NCBI GenBank assembly: GCA_029557905.1
Contig: JAKQHR010000070.1
Span: 5,613 to 69,612, forward strand
Reading direction: 5' to 3'
Source: Verrucomicrobiota bacterium
GTDB taxonomy: Bacteria; Verrucomicrobiota; Kiritimatiellia; JAKQHR01
DNA: 64,000 bases
Made by a program: the position numbers and the translations under genes. Positions 28,510 through 38,154 of this stretch are shown here, in pieces. The notes beneath the pieces are model-generated. The model was not told the origin of the DNA, searched no databases, and worked only from the letters and a program-made list of their open reading frames with translations. Every line of letters begins with the position of its first letter. Positions within the stretch are counted from its first letter, which is position 1.

Positions 28510-29010
28510 CTATTTCTTCATCAAGATGCGAAGTGCGCGGATCTGCAGACGGATGAAGTCTCTTTCCATGCCGTCCATATCATGTTCCGCGAAGGCGGTT
28601 TCCAGCACCGGACTGTTTTCCCCTTGCGAGGTCCTTAAAAGCTCGTTGCGAACAACTTTCCCGTCCAGCCCGCAGCCGGTGAAGAACTCATGCAGCCGCC
28701 CGAAAATAGTACGGCACTTGTCTCCGCTGGGAGAGTGATCGCGCCTGGTCTCAAACGCCACCATCAGCGTGGATCCGCAAGCACAGTTCCGCAACAGGTC
28801 CACAACGCTCCCACTGGCATAGTCTTCATCAATAAAAAGCCCGCGGCCATCTTCCACGCTTTGGGTCCCCGCGATAAATTCATCCAGATTCGCATAGCTC
28901 CTGCCGCAGGAGCATTGCTTGGGAAAAGACTCTTTCGCAATGGTGATCAGGTCCCTCTGAATCGCCGAGATGATCGCCTGACGCTCCTGTCTGTTCAAAT
29001 TCTTCCCCAT
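28510..29010 (-). CDS. Hypothetical protein with paired CxCG motifs (QCSCGRS / NCACGST)
   Basis: About 166 aa from the internal ATG at 29010. The upstream part of the six-frame ORF overlaps the protease gene. No recognisable family. Confidence 0.3.
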   Translation of the reverse strand: MGKNLNRQERQAIISAIQRDLITIAKESFPKQCSCGRSYANLDEFIAGTQSVEDGRGLFIDEDYASGSVVDLLRNCACGSTLMVAFETRRDHSPSGDKCRTIFGRLHEFFTGCGLDGKVVRNELLRTSQGENSPVLETAFAEHDMDGMERDFIRLQIRALRILMKK

Positions 29011-29060
29011 AAGAATCCATTTCCCCCAATCGCGCTTCCCTTGCCGGTTCCTCTTCCGCT

Positions 29061-30590
29061 TCAATCCGGATCTACGAATGCCTTGTAATAACGATATATA
29101 AGATTCGTGGCTTTTGCATCCACAAAGGTCCACAGGCTGGTCGACGGGATCTGCGTGGCCAGATTGGTCCAGGATGATCCGTCCATCAGGTTGGTGGTGG
29201 CTTGAATCCCGTAAAAGACATTCGGCGACGTGCTGACTTTGATTACAAACCCCGTGTTGGAATGATAAGAAGTTTCAGTAAATTCCGGTATGGCGGCCGG
29301 GGCCTTGTGCCAGGCGAGACCGTATTCCGCTTCGGCATCCGATGTGACTTTCAGGGCGTAGCGGCCGGGCGGAAGGGCTCCCTGAAAAATGTGCTCCACA
29401 TTGTCCACCTGGCTGGTGCTCATATCCACCAGATCATTCGTGGCGAATCCGTCTGCCTCGTACAAATAAAGGTTGAGATTGGCTAAAAATGCCTGCGGGT
29501 TGAATCCGCCGCCGGGGGGATCGGAGATCTTTCGATGCCACGTCAGCACGACAGAAAACCGCGAGGGGGCATGGCTGTCCGGCGAGTCAAAGAAATACCA
29601 GTTGGTTCCCGCAGCGGGAAGTTCGCTGTAATCCCATCCTATATGATTCACCAGCGAGGTGGCACTGGCGTTCTGTTCTCCGTTGGTGAGAATATGCCAG
29701 CTGTTGTAAATGTTGATCTCTCCCGCTCCATAGTGTTCATCCAGCGGGCGAGAAGCAGTTCGATTCCAGTTCGTCCCGAATTCGGTCTTGGTCGCGCCGG
29801 CCAGCAGAAGAGCCTTGATGGTTTGCGGCATGGTCGCACTGGTCAAGGCATGCTTGTCTGCCGTTTCCATCAGGAGCGCGGCGCAGCTGCCAACCGCCGG
29901 TGTGGCATAGCTGGTGAATGTGAACGGGGCCACAATATCCGGTTTCACCCGCCCGGCCTCATCGAACAGCGTGGGGCCCGCGCTGTGACTGCCATCTGTC
30001 CTCCCGACAACGATTCCGTTATAGGTATGTCCCAGAAGGCCGGGGATCGCATCATTGGTGTTGTTGAGTCCCGCCACACAGGTGAAACCATCCCGGTCAA
30101 TGGCGTAATCCAGGCGCCGGACATAGTTGGAGTCACTGCCGGAATTTCCGATCCAGCTGTGATTTTGAATCCGGTTGGTCTCTACTGCCGGGCCGCCGCC
30201 ATCTCCCCCGGAAAGGAACCCGGCATCTCGCCAGTCCTCCTCCCAGTAGCAGTCCACATGATTGATGTTCGGCGAAATGCTGCTGCTGCGCCCGTAGAAA
30301 TATTTCCCGACCATTGTGGCATGCAGGGAGGAGCCTGTTGCCATAGCCGTCTTGTCGACGAAAGTTTTTCCCGAAAATTCATTGGTGTAGATGTCCGGAT
30401 AGTAATTGCCCAGGTAAGATCCCTCAATCTGTGAAACCGTGATATTCGTCCCGGTGGGTTTTGAGGCGCCCAGCTCAGCAAACAGGGAAACGGCGCCAAT
30501 ATCATGGGTCCAGGCCGCTTTGACTTTTGCCGTGCCCGTAAACAGCGCCAGAATCAGCGCCATCGTCATTCGAGTGCACAACTGCTTCAT
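29061..30590 (-). CDS. Secreted subtilisin-like (S8) serine peptidase-like protein
   Basis: Signal peptide. S8-like regions (DGxGHGTxxAG-like GLLGHTYNGIVVG, ...TSYATPAVGSCAALL). Catalytic Ser context is atypical. Confidence 0.45.
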   Translation of the reverse strand: MKQLCTRMTMALILALFTGTAKVKAAWTHDIGAVSLFAELGASKPTGTNITVSQIEGSYLGNYYPDIYTNEFSGKTFVDKTAMATGSSLHATMVGKYFYGRSSSISPNINHVDCYWEEDWRDAGFLSGGDGGGPAVETNRIQNHSWIGNSGSDSNYVRRLDYAIDRDGFTCVAGLNNTNDAIPGLLGHTYNGIVVGRTDGSHSAGPTLFDEAGRVKPDIVAPFTFTSYATPAVGSCAALLMETADKHALTSATMPQTIKALLLAGATKTEFGTNWNRTASRPLDEHYGAGEINIYNSWHILTNGEQNASATSLVNHIGWDYSELPAAGTNWYFFDSPDSHAPSRFSVVLTWHRKISDPPGGGFNPQAFLANLNLYLYEADGFATNDLVDMSTSQVDNVEHIFQGALPPGRYALKVTSDAEAEYGLAWHKAPAAIPEFTETSYHSNTGFVIKVSTSPNVFYGIQATTNLMDGSSWTNLATQIPSTSLWTFVDAKATNLIYRYYKAFVDPD

Positions 30591-30690
30591 ATTTCCTCTA
30601 TATCCTTAATTATGATCCCGATATCACGGCAGTTCAAGGCCGGAAGAGGATTATTGCATGAGTGGGATATTTTATATTCCCCCCTTGATA

Positions 30691-30706
30691 TTGAACTATA
30701 GTTCAA
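30691..30706. promoter_or_regulatory. SOS box, Cheo-type (GAAC-N4-GTTC): perfect 16-bp palindrome TTGAACTATAGTTCAA
   Basis: Seen directly in sequence, 30 nt upstream of the lexA-like ATG (30736), in the divergent promoter region shared with the S8 peptidase gene. Confidence 0.7.
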
Positions 30707-30735
30707 TTATATTCCGGACAGAAAAGGAATCGGTC

Positions 30736-31323
30736 ATGCCCAGAAAACTTAATCTTGAGAATATACTGAAAAAATTGCGGGTGTTCATCCGCGTGGAAAG
30801 ACGGATGCCGGGTTATGCCGAGATGCTGGAACTGTTCGGCTATCGCTCCAAGAATGCCGTTCACAACCTGCTCTGCAGACTGGAGCGGCTCGGCTATATC
30901 ACCAAAAACAGCAGAGGCAAACCCGCATGGACCGACAAGCTGATCGGATCCATTCGGCTGCTGGGCGCCGTGCAGGCGGGATTCCCCTCCCCGGCCGAAG
31001 AGGAACTGGTGGACACACTCAGCCTGGACGAATTCCTGGTGCGCCAGCCGGAGGCCACGTTTATGCTGACCGTATCCGGCGATTCTATGATTGAGGCAGG
31101 GATTCATCCCGGTGACCTCGTGCTGGTTGAACGCGGAACCGCCCCGAAAAAGAATGACATCGTGGTCGCGCAGGTGGACGGCGAGTGGACCCTCAAGTAT
31201 TTTGGACGCGACCGGCATGGCATCTATCTGGACCCCGCCAACAGCCGATATCAGCGGATTCGGCCCCGGAACTCCCTGACCGTTGGAGGGGTGGTCAGGG
31301 CCGTGGTCCGGAAATATCATTGA
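30736..31323 (+). CDS. lexA: LexA-like repressor / UmuD-like S24 peptidase with N-terminal wHTH
   Basis: N-terminal wHTH (LELFGYRSKNAVHNLLCRLERLGYI). Cleavage-site-like GAVQAG. S24 catalytic Ser in TVSGDSMIEAGI and Lys in LKYFGR. The six-frame start at 30658 would read through the SOS box, so the start was moved to the ATG at 30736. Confidence 0.7.
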   Translation: MPRKLNLENILKKLRVFIRVERRMPGYAEMLELFGYRSKNAVHNLLCRLERLGYITKNSRGKPAWTDKLIGSIRLLGAVQAGFPSPAEEELVDTLSLDEFLVRQPEATFMLTVSGDSMIEAGIHPGDLVLVERGTAPKKNDIVVAQVDGEWTLKYFGRDRHGIYLDPANSRYQRIRPRNSLTVGGVVRAVVRKYH

Positions 31324-31335
31324 GAGGCCGAGCCT

Positions 31336-32652
31336 ATGTCCCCGCAGGATCAGATACTGGTTTTCGGGACTTTCCCCGGGGCCATTGTTCATTTCGATGG
31401 CGACGCGTTCTTTGCCTCCGTGGAACAGGCCGCCGATCCTTCACTGAAGGGCCGGCCGGTGGTGACCGGCCGGGAGCGCGGCATCATCGCCTGCGCCAGC
31501 TACGAGGCCAAAGCCCTTGGGGTCAGGCGCGGCATTTCACTCCGGGATGCCCGAAAGATCTGCCCGCAGCTTGTGGTGCTTCCCAGCGACTATGAGACCT
31601 ACAGTCTCTATTCCCGCCGCATGTTTGACATTGCACGCCGGTTTACCCCCATCGTCGAAGAATATTCCATTGACGAGGGCTTTGCGGACATTGGGGGGCT
31701 GCGGCGTGTTTTTCACGTTTCTTATCAGGACATTGCAAAGCAAATCCAGAATACCGTGAGGGAAGAGTTGAACCTGACCGTTTCGATCGGCCTGAGTCTC
31801 ACCAAAAGCCTTGCCAAGCTGGCCTCCGATTTCAGGAAACCGGCAGGGTTTACCGCCGTGGCCGGCATGCATCTGCATCTGTTTCTCCAGCGCATACCGC
31901 TCGATAACGTCTGGGGCTTCGGCGCCAATACCGTTCAGCTGCTCAGGAAGCACGGACTGAAAACCGCATATGATTTTATCCTGAAGCCGGAAGCATGGGC
32001 TCAGAAAATGCTGGGGAAGCCCGGCCATGAGATATGGAGGGAACTTCGGGGACAAACGGTCTGGCCTGTCACCACGGAGGAGAAGTCCAGCTATGCCAGT
32101 ATCAGCAAATGCAAAACTTTCAGCGAGCCTTCAGCGGATCGTGATTACATCTGTGCCCGGCTGGTGCGCAATCTGGAATCCGCCTTTATCAAAGTCCGCC
32201 GGCATAAACTCAGGGTGAGGGAAATCACCGTTGCACTGCGTAAAGACGATTATTGTCAGGAGGGACTGAGGACGGCGCTGAACCGCCCCACGTCTTCCAC
32301 TCAGGAGGCACTCCCCCTGGTGCTGGATCTGTTCGGCTGGCTGTTCCGGCCGGATTGGAAATATCGCAGCACCATGGTGGTGCTCGGCAGGCTCGAAGAG
32401 GATCGCGAAGAGCAGTACGATCTTTTTGAAGACCGCATTCGGATTGAAAAACTTCACAAGGCTTCAGCAGTCATGGATGAAGTGAACGGGCAGTTCGGCA
32501 AGCACAGACTGCATATCGGGACAGGACAGTTCCTTGAAATGCCGCGTCCCTCACGGGATCGCGATATTCTGCCCTGGCGGAAAACGGATCTCCTGAAAGG
32601 CGAAACAGACCGCCGGCGACTGGCACTCCCCCGACTGAAAATAACAGTTTGA
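31336..32652 (+). CDS. umuC: Y-family translesion DNA polymerase, UmuC-like
   Basis: N-terminus HFDGDAFFASVEQ..., GIIACASYEAKALGV (UmuC-like) and SIDEGFADIGG. 438 aa. Immediately follows the S24-peptidase gene. Confidence 0.7.
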   Translation: MSPQDQILVFGTFPGAIVHFDGDAFFASVEQAADPSLKGRPVVTGRERGIIACASYEAKALGVRRGISLRDARKICPQLVVLPSDYETYSLYSRRMFDIARRFTPIVEEYSIDEGFADIGGLRRVFHVSYQDIAKQIQNTVREELNLTVSIGLSLTKSLAKLASDFRKPAGFTAVAGMHLHLFLQRIPLDNVWGFGANTVQLLRKHGLKTAYDFILKPEAWAQKMLGKPGHEIWRELRGQTVWPVTTEEKSSYASISKCKTFSEPSADRDYICARLVRNLESAFIKVRRHKLRVREITVALRKDDYCQEGLRTALNRPTSSTQEALPLVLDLFGWLFRPDWKYRSTMVVLGRLEEDREEQYDLFEDRIRIEKLHKASAVMDEVNGQFGKHRLHIGTGQFLEMPRPSRDRDILPWRKTDLLKGETDRRRLALPRLKITV

Positions 32653-32671
32653 CCGCCTGAGCATAAAAACA

Positions 32672-32697
32672 GCAAAGCCGGCCGGAGCCGGCTTTGC
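32672..32697 (-). terminator. Intrinsic terminator of rpsT (11-bp stem GCAAAGCCGGC/GCCGGCTTTGC, loop CGGA)
   Basis: Perfect hairpin. On the minus strand it is followed by TGTTTTTATGC. Lies between convergent umuC-like and rpsT. Confidence 0.6.
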
Positions 32698-32718
32698 CCA
32701 TTAAAGCTGAAAGAATCT

Positions 32719-32988
32719 TCAGGAGGCTTTTTTCACGCGGATGCGGTTTGCCGCGCGGGTTTTACGGCGCTGGGCCGTATTCCGGGAAATCACGCCCTTC
32801 TTGGCGGCCTTGTCCAGCTCTGAACAGTACTTCTTGTAAACAGCCTGAGGATCAGCGCCCTCGGCAACTTCAAATGACTCAAAAAACTTGCGGCGGGTGT
32901 TTTTCACCCGGGTTTTCACGCTCTGGTTGCGCTGGCGCGCCTCAACGGACTGCCGCAAACGCTTTTCTGCACTCTTATTGTTCGGCAT
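32719..32988 (-). CDS. rpsT: 30S ribosomal protein S20
   Basis: MPNNKSAEKRLRQS...RNQSVKTRVKN. 89 aa, basic. Confidence 0.9.
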   Translation of the reverse strand: MPNNKSAEKRLRQSVEARQRNQSVKTRVKNTRRKFFESFEVAEGADPQAVYKKYCSELDKAAKKGVISRNTAQRRKTRAANRIRVKKAS

Positions 32989-33113
32989 CTGACAAATCTC
33001 CTAACTGATCTCACGCAGCGGCCATAGAGGCCGCCCTTCCCTTTGAAAACTGTGTCATACTATCCATAAGAGGATCGAAGTCAACCGCATTTGCAAAAAA
33101 ATACTCATTCCAG

Positions 33114-34049
33114 ATGTTGCAAGCCGAAGCCGCCTTGTGCAGAATCCGTGCCATGGAAACAGGCAGAAGCCAGAATGATTATCAGCCCCCGGCCCGCGAA
33201 ACCTGCAGGCGGGCACGGGCTCTTTATCGCACCGCCCTTCAAACCGCAGCGCTGAAAATCCACACGGACGGGAAAACCCTCTCCGGCTGCTGGACCGACC
33301 GCCCGGACATGGCCCCTTCAGAACTGCTCATGCTGGTCCGAGAGGCGGTGACCCGGCCGGATTCCCGCATCATCAAGCAGACCGGGCGCATTACCGTCAC
33401 TCGCGCACACCTGGAGGGCCGGGAAGTCATCATCAAACGCTATGATCTTGACGGACCGCTGGAACGGATCAGATATCTTTTCCATCCTTCGCGCGCGCGC
33501 CGTTTCTGGGCTGCCGCCAGCACACTCCGGAAACTTGGAATCCCCACGCCGCAGCCACTGGGCTTTCTTGAACGCTGGGAGAGAGGCATTCCTGCTTCCA
33601 GCTGTATGATCACCGCCTTTGTGCCCGGCACCGACGATGCCAGCCACTGGCTGGGATGGACTTCGGGCACGAGGCCGGACGATATCAAGCGGGCGCTGGC
33701 GAAGGATCTGGCCCGAGCCATTGTAACCCTCTACCGGAGCGGAATTTATCACCGCGACACAAAAACCTCCAACCTCCTGCTCGAACATCCGCTGGATCCC
33801 GAGCGGCGAAATTATCTCTGGCTGGACCTCGAATGTGCCGTCTGCGGTGTCCGGCCCGGCCGTCACCAGATCATCCGCAATGTCGTGCAGGTTGCAGGAT
33901 CGCTTGGTAAAGAAGCCACCTGCGCCGAGCGTGAGCTGATCATTCGTGAATTTGCCGCCTGGTTCCCCTGGCTGATGGACCGGCAGGCGCTTCGGCACAT
34001 TCACTGCTGGACTGACCGGCGGATGCACAAGGAACGGAGATGCTGCTGA
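33114..34049 (+). CDS. Lipopolysaccharide kinase (Kdo/WaaP)-family protein-kinase-like protein
   Basis: Catalytic-loop-like YHRDTKTSNLLL and Lys-containing EVIIKRY. Kdo/RIO-like size. Confidence 0.45.
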   Translation: MLQAEAALCRIRAMETGRSQNDYQPPARETCRRARALYRTALQTAALKIHTDGKTLSGCWTDRPDMAPSELLMLVREAVTRPDSRIIKQTGRITVTRAHLEGREVIIKRYDLDGPLERIRYLFHPSRARRFWAAASTLRKLGIPTPQPLGFLERWERGIPASSCMITAFVPGTDDASHWLGWTSGTRPDDIKRALAKDLARAIVTLYRSGIYHRDTKTSNLLLEHPLDPERRNYLWLDLECAVCGVRPGRHQIIRNVVQVAGSLGKEATCAERELIIREFAAWFPWLMDRQALRHIHCWTDRRMHKERRCC

Positions 34050-34726
34050 AGTTTCTGAAGTTTTGCATTGCGGTTCTGCTTCTTCCCGCCTGCGCCGTTG
34101 TCTGTCTCAGCCTCTTTCATCTCATCCTCGCGCTTCAGCCGGAGTCATCCCGTCAGATTCCTCCTTCTTTCTGGGGGCTCGCCATCGGCTTCTTCCTGTG
34201 GCTTTTTCTCTTCATCGTCTGCCAGAAGCCCGTCCGGACCTATGTCCTTGGCCATGAACTGACCCATGCCCTCTGGGCTGCGGTTACCGGCGCGCGTGTT
34301 TCCCGTCTGCGGGTGAGCGGGAAAGGAGGATCCGTCCAGGTCAGCAAAAGCACCTTTCTGATCACTCTCGCGCCCTATTTTTTCCCCTTCTACACTTTCT
34401 GTGTTTTGCTCCTCTACGCAGTTATCTCCGCCTTTCACAATCAGCGCATATATGAGCCTTTCTGGCTGGGACTGGTCGGCCTGACCTGGGCTTTCCATCT
34501 GACGTTCACCGTCCACATGCTCCTGCAGCACCAGCCGGATATTCACGAGAACGGGAGGCTCTTTTCCTGCGTCATCATCCTGCTCTTTAATGCAGCCGGC
34601 CTGTGCGTATGGATTGTGTGCATGTCCTCTGTCACCTTCGATCAGCTTCTGGCAATTATAACAGCCGACAGCCGGACCATGCTGAATGCGGGGCTCCGCC
34701 TGCTGCAGACCGCTTATTCAGGATAG
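34040..34726 (+). CDS. Polytopic membrane protein with HExxH motif (putative zinc metallopeptidase-like)
   Basis: GHELTHALW within/adjacent to TM segments. 10-nt overlap with the upstream kinase-like gene. Confidence 0.35.
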   Translation: MLLKFLKFCIAVLLLPACAVVCLSLFHLILALQPESSRQIPPSFWGLAIGFFLWLFLFIVCQKPVRTYVLGHELTHALWAAVTGARVSRLRVSGKGGSVQVSKSTFLITLAPYFFPFYTFCVLLLYAVISAFHNQRIYEPFWLGLVGLTWAFHLTFTVHMLLQHQPDIHENGRLFSCVIILLFNAAGLCVWIVCMSSVTFDQLLAIITADSRTMLNAGLRLLQTAYSG

Positions 34727-35961
34727 CGCTTCCGGATGGCCGCAAGGATATCGCGGATTGAAAGGAAGATATCAACCAGTTCCGGATCGAAGTGTTTTCC
34801 AGACTCTTCCCGGATAACCTTTAAAGCATCATCTTCAGACCAGGCCTCCTTGTAGACCCGGCGTGAAACCAGGGCATCATAGACATCTGCCAGCCCGACG
34901 ATGCGTCCGAAAAGCGGTATTTCCGTTCCACGCCGAGGTCGCGCCTCGCTGGTTTGATCATCCACAAAGGATGGATATCCGGTTCCATCCCATTTCTGGT
35001 GATGATTGATAGCCACCTCCTGAGCTGCACGATCGTAAGCGGTCATATGACCAATGAAAATATCCGCCCCCTGCTCCGCATGGGTCTTCATCACATCGAA
35101 CTCCTCCGGCGTGAGCCTTCCGGGCTTCTTCAGAATCAGATCCGAAATGGCCACCTTGCCGACATCGTGCAGCATGGCGGCAATGCGCAGGACATCCTTT
35201 TCCTCCTCAATCCTGCTTTCCGGAAGCCCGTGCTTTATCGCCCAGCGCTCATAGAGTTCCACTGCATAGGCCGCCACGCGGTTCACATGCGCTCCCGTTT
35301 CACGCGGATCGCGCAGTTCGGACATTTTGACCATGCGGAGAATAATCGAGCGCGTCATCACCGCGCGCTCCAGCGCAGCAGCGGCCAGGCCCGCAAACAT
35401 CTCCATCTGACGCTGGATTTCCGGGGAGAAAGGGATGGTTCTGCCCTCCCGGTCCACCGCATTGATCAGTTGAAGCACTCCAAGCACCTGCTGCTCTGCC
35501 GCCAGGAGCGGCAGGGCAAGGATAGATTTCGTGCGGTAACCGGACGACACATCAAAACCCTGTTCAAACCGATAGGGCGCTTCCGGATCAATTGCATAGG
35601 CATCAGGGATGTTGATCGTCTCCTTCGTGCAGGCGGAATAGCCGGCAATGGAGGTTCTGTCAACGGGAAGTGAAAAACAATCATAGATCAGTTTTGCATC
35701 AGGCTGGAGTTTACTTTCCAGCGTTGAGTTCTGAGTGTAACTGAAATGCAGGCGATGGTTGTCCAGCAGATAAATTGATCCGGCATCGGCTCCGGCAAAA
35801 GCGCGGGCGCTGCGCAGTATGCGCTCCATGAGGAGGTCCATATCCTTTACCCGGTTAAAGTCCGTCCCGAGTTTTTCCAGCATCGCGATTTTTTCTTCCG
35901 GCGTCATCTTCCCTCCGGCTTCCCCCACAATATAACCATCCCGCTTAAAAAGATAATGCAA
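34714..35961 (-). CDS. GAF-domain HD-GYP phosphodiesterase (c-di-GMP signalling)
   Basis: HD motif AAMLHDVGK and GYP motif HHQKWDGTGYP. N-terminal GAF-like region. Confidence 0.7.
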   Translation of the reverse strand: MHYLFKRDGYIVGEAGGKMTPEEKIAMLEKLGTDFNRVKDMDLLMERILRSARAFAGADAGSIYLLDNHRLHFSYTQNSTLESKLQPDAKLIYDCFSLPVDRTSIAGYSACTKETINIPDAYAIDPEAPYRFEQGFDVSSGYRTKSILALPLLAAEQQVLGVLQLINAVDREGRTIPFSPEIQRQMEMFAGLAAAALERAVMTRSIILRMVKMSELRDPRETGAHVNRVAAYAVELYERWAIKHGLPESRIEEEKDVLRIAAMLHDVGKVAISDLILKKPGRLTPEEFDVMKTHAEQGADIFIGHMTAYDRAAQEVAINHHQKWDGTGYPSFVDDQTSEARPRRGTEIPLFGRIVGLADVYDALVSRRVYKEAWSEDDALKVIREESGKHFDPELVDIFLSIRDILAAIRKRYPE

Positions 35962-35991
35962 ACTTTGCCAGATTTTCTTCCGAATTTCCGG

Positions 35992-37188
35992 TCATCCCTT
36001 CAGCACTCCAAGCGGGCGGAGGTGGACAGCTGTTTCCACAAGATCGGACTGGGACTCCATGACCTCATGGATATCCTTGTAGGCGGCAGGGGCTTCGCCC
36101 AGGTCATATTCTCCGGCGCTGCGGTTCCGGCCGCTAATGCGGCTCCAGCCGTCAAACTCGATGCCGCGCATGGCCCGGTCGCAGGCATCCTTGTCCAGTT
36201 TCCGGCAGGCTTCTTTTCTTCCAAGGCGACGGCCGGCGCCATGCGAGCACGACTGAAACGAGTCCGCATTTCCGAGGCCCCGGACAATGCACGAACTCGA
36301 GCCCATGCTCCCGGGAATGATTCCCCATTCTCCTTCGCGAGCAGACGTGGCCCCCTTGCGGTGCACCCACACCATGCGGCCGAAATGGTCTTCCTGCGCT
36401 GCATAGTTGTGATGGATATTGATCTCCAGGGTAAAACCAGGAGACAAATGCTCCTGCACGGCATCCTTGAAGCGCTTCATCATCCGTGCACGGTTTTCGC
36501 GGGCGTAGGCCAGCGCAAAGTTCATGTCCCGGATGTAGTTCTGTCCTTCCTGCGAGGCCGCCGGAAGCGAAGCCAAATCCATTGTCGGCAATTCGATTTT
36601 CCTGTCTGCAGCATAACTTCTGGCAATGCCGTGATGCCATTCAGCAATCCGGTAGCCCAGATTGCGCGAGCCGGAATGAAGCATCATCCACAGGAATCCA
36701 TCGTCTCCAGCCTGCAGTTCAATAAAATGATTGCCCCCTCCCAGTGTGCCCAGGTTCCGCCAGGCCAGTTCCCGCGCGCGGGCGTCCATCCAGTTCCCCG
36801 AGGCCTCGAATTCGTCCAGCTCAGTCCATTCCTGAGGCACCCTGTGGCCGTGGCCCTCGCCCAGCGGGATCATCCGTTTGAGGCTTTCCAGTATGTCGCG
36901 GATGGTTCCCTTTGTGACCCCTGCCGCTTCGCAGTCAGTCCGGACAGCGCCCATTCCGCATCCGATGTCCACTCCCACCGCATTGGGAATCACATGATCC
37001 GGGCAGGCAATCACCCCGCCGATCGGCATGCCGTAGCCGGGATGGCAGTCCGGCATCAGGGCTATGTGATGAAAGACATGCGGATGGCGCGCGAGATCAC
37101 GCGCCTGACTCATCGCTTTGTCATCCACGTGCCGGCACCAGGATAGAATCGGCACGCGATACGATTCATCTGTGTCCCGCCATTCCAT
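35992..37188 (-). CDS. rtcB: RNA-splicing ligase RtcB
   Basis: 398 aa. RtcB metal/GMP-His region GHGMPIGGV..., HNYAA, HRKGAT, CSHGAGR. Confidence 0.8.
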   Translation of the reverse strand: MEWRDTDESYRVPILSWCRHVDDKAMSQARDLARHPHVFHHIALMPDCHPGYGMPIGGVIACPDHVIPNAVGVDIGCGMGAVRTDCEAAGVTKGTIRDILESLKRMIPLGEGHGHRVPQEWTELDEFEASGNWMDARARELAWRNLGTLGGGNHFIELQAGDDGFLWMMLHSGSRNLGYRIAEWHHGIARSYAADRKIELPTMDLASLPAASQEGQNYIRDMNFALAYARENRARMMKRFKDAVQEHLSPGFTLEINIHHNYAAQEDHFGRMVWVHRKGATSAREGEWGIIPGSMGSSSCIVRGLGNADSFQSCSHGAGRRLGRKEACRKLDKDACDRAMRGIEFDGWSRISGRNRSAGEYDLGEAPAAYKDIHEVMESQSDLVETAVHLRPLGVLKG

Positions 37189-37191
37189 GGC

Positions 37192-38154
37192 TCAATAGTA
37201 CGTTGTTCGGAACACCGGCTGGAAGAGTTTTGTGCTCCTGGCGCAAATATGGCGCACAGGGCATGCCGCGCATTGCGGTTCTGTCATCTCCGGACAGCCT
37301 GTTCGGTTTTTGAAGAAAAACCAGTCCACGGCCGCCACAGAGAGCCCGGACAAGCGCACCAGCGCAACTATTGACTCATACACCACTGAGCGGATAAGAG
37401 CCTCCTCTCCTGCAGTCGCCTCTTCGCGGGCTTCGAGTCTGGCACGCAGCGCCGGATCTTCAACAACCACGAGCCCCGTCCTCAGCGCGCTTCGTTGCAG
37501 GTGATAATCAATAATGGGACGGGCCGAATCGGGGTCGGTGACATTCAGGAAATGCTCCGGCCGGTTTTCGAGAACAATTGCAAGCAGCATGGCTTTTTTC
37601 TGGAGAGGATCCTCGGCATAACCGGGCACTTCAGCAAGCAAATCCAGAAGCATCTGCAGGGGCCTGCGGGCCGCGGCGGCGCGGTGCAGAATATCTGCGG
37701 GCTGCAGTTTTCTGGTTGTAAACCAATCCGCATACTGCCGAGTAAGCTCCAAATGTTCCGGCCACATCGGCAGAGGATTCGCCGCGCCGTCATCCAGAAA
37801 CAGATCATTCAGTTCATTGCCGTTCAAGTTCGCGAGCGCATGGGGACTGAAGATATCCGGGTTTTTCCGTAGTGCGCGCGTCGCGGCCGTCCAGACATAA
37901 TCTGATCCCTTCAGATCCCGGCCGTCAAGCCGGGCGATCATTGGCGAGATCCACCGGCCATTCTGAAGGTTCCAGAATCCAAACTGATGCGCGCAGCAGA
38001 AAAAGAAATATTCAAGCACGCCGTCAAGTCCCGGCGCCGGATAGGTGATGCCCGCATTCAGGCTGCAGAAATCAAACGGCGCGGGGCGACCCTCTGCGGA
38101 AAGGTATTCCGCAAACGCCCTGATCCTGTCTGCGTCAGTCCGAACTTTTTTCAT
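37192..38154 (-). CDS. Queuosine salvage protein (DUF2419/Qng1-like)
   Basis: YFFFCCAHQFGFW-type N-terminal region and length about 320 aa consistent with the DUF2419 family. Assignment from memory of family features. Confidence 0.45.
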   Translation of the reverse strand: MKKVRTDADRIRAFAEYLSAEGRPAPFDFCSLNAGITYPAPGLDGVLEYFFFCCAHQFGFWNLQNGRWISPMIARLDGRDLKGSDYVWTAATRALRKNPDIFSPHALANLNGNELNDLFLDDGAANPLPMWPEHLELTRQYADWFTTRKLQPADILHRAAAARRPLQMLLDLLAEVPGYAEDPLQKKAMLLAIVLENRPEHFLNVTDPDSARPIIDYHLQRSALRTGLVVVEDPALRARLEAREEATAGEEALIRSVVYESIVALVRLSGLSVAAVDWFFFKNRTGCPEMTEPQCAACPVRHICARSTKLFQPVFRTTYY

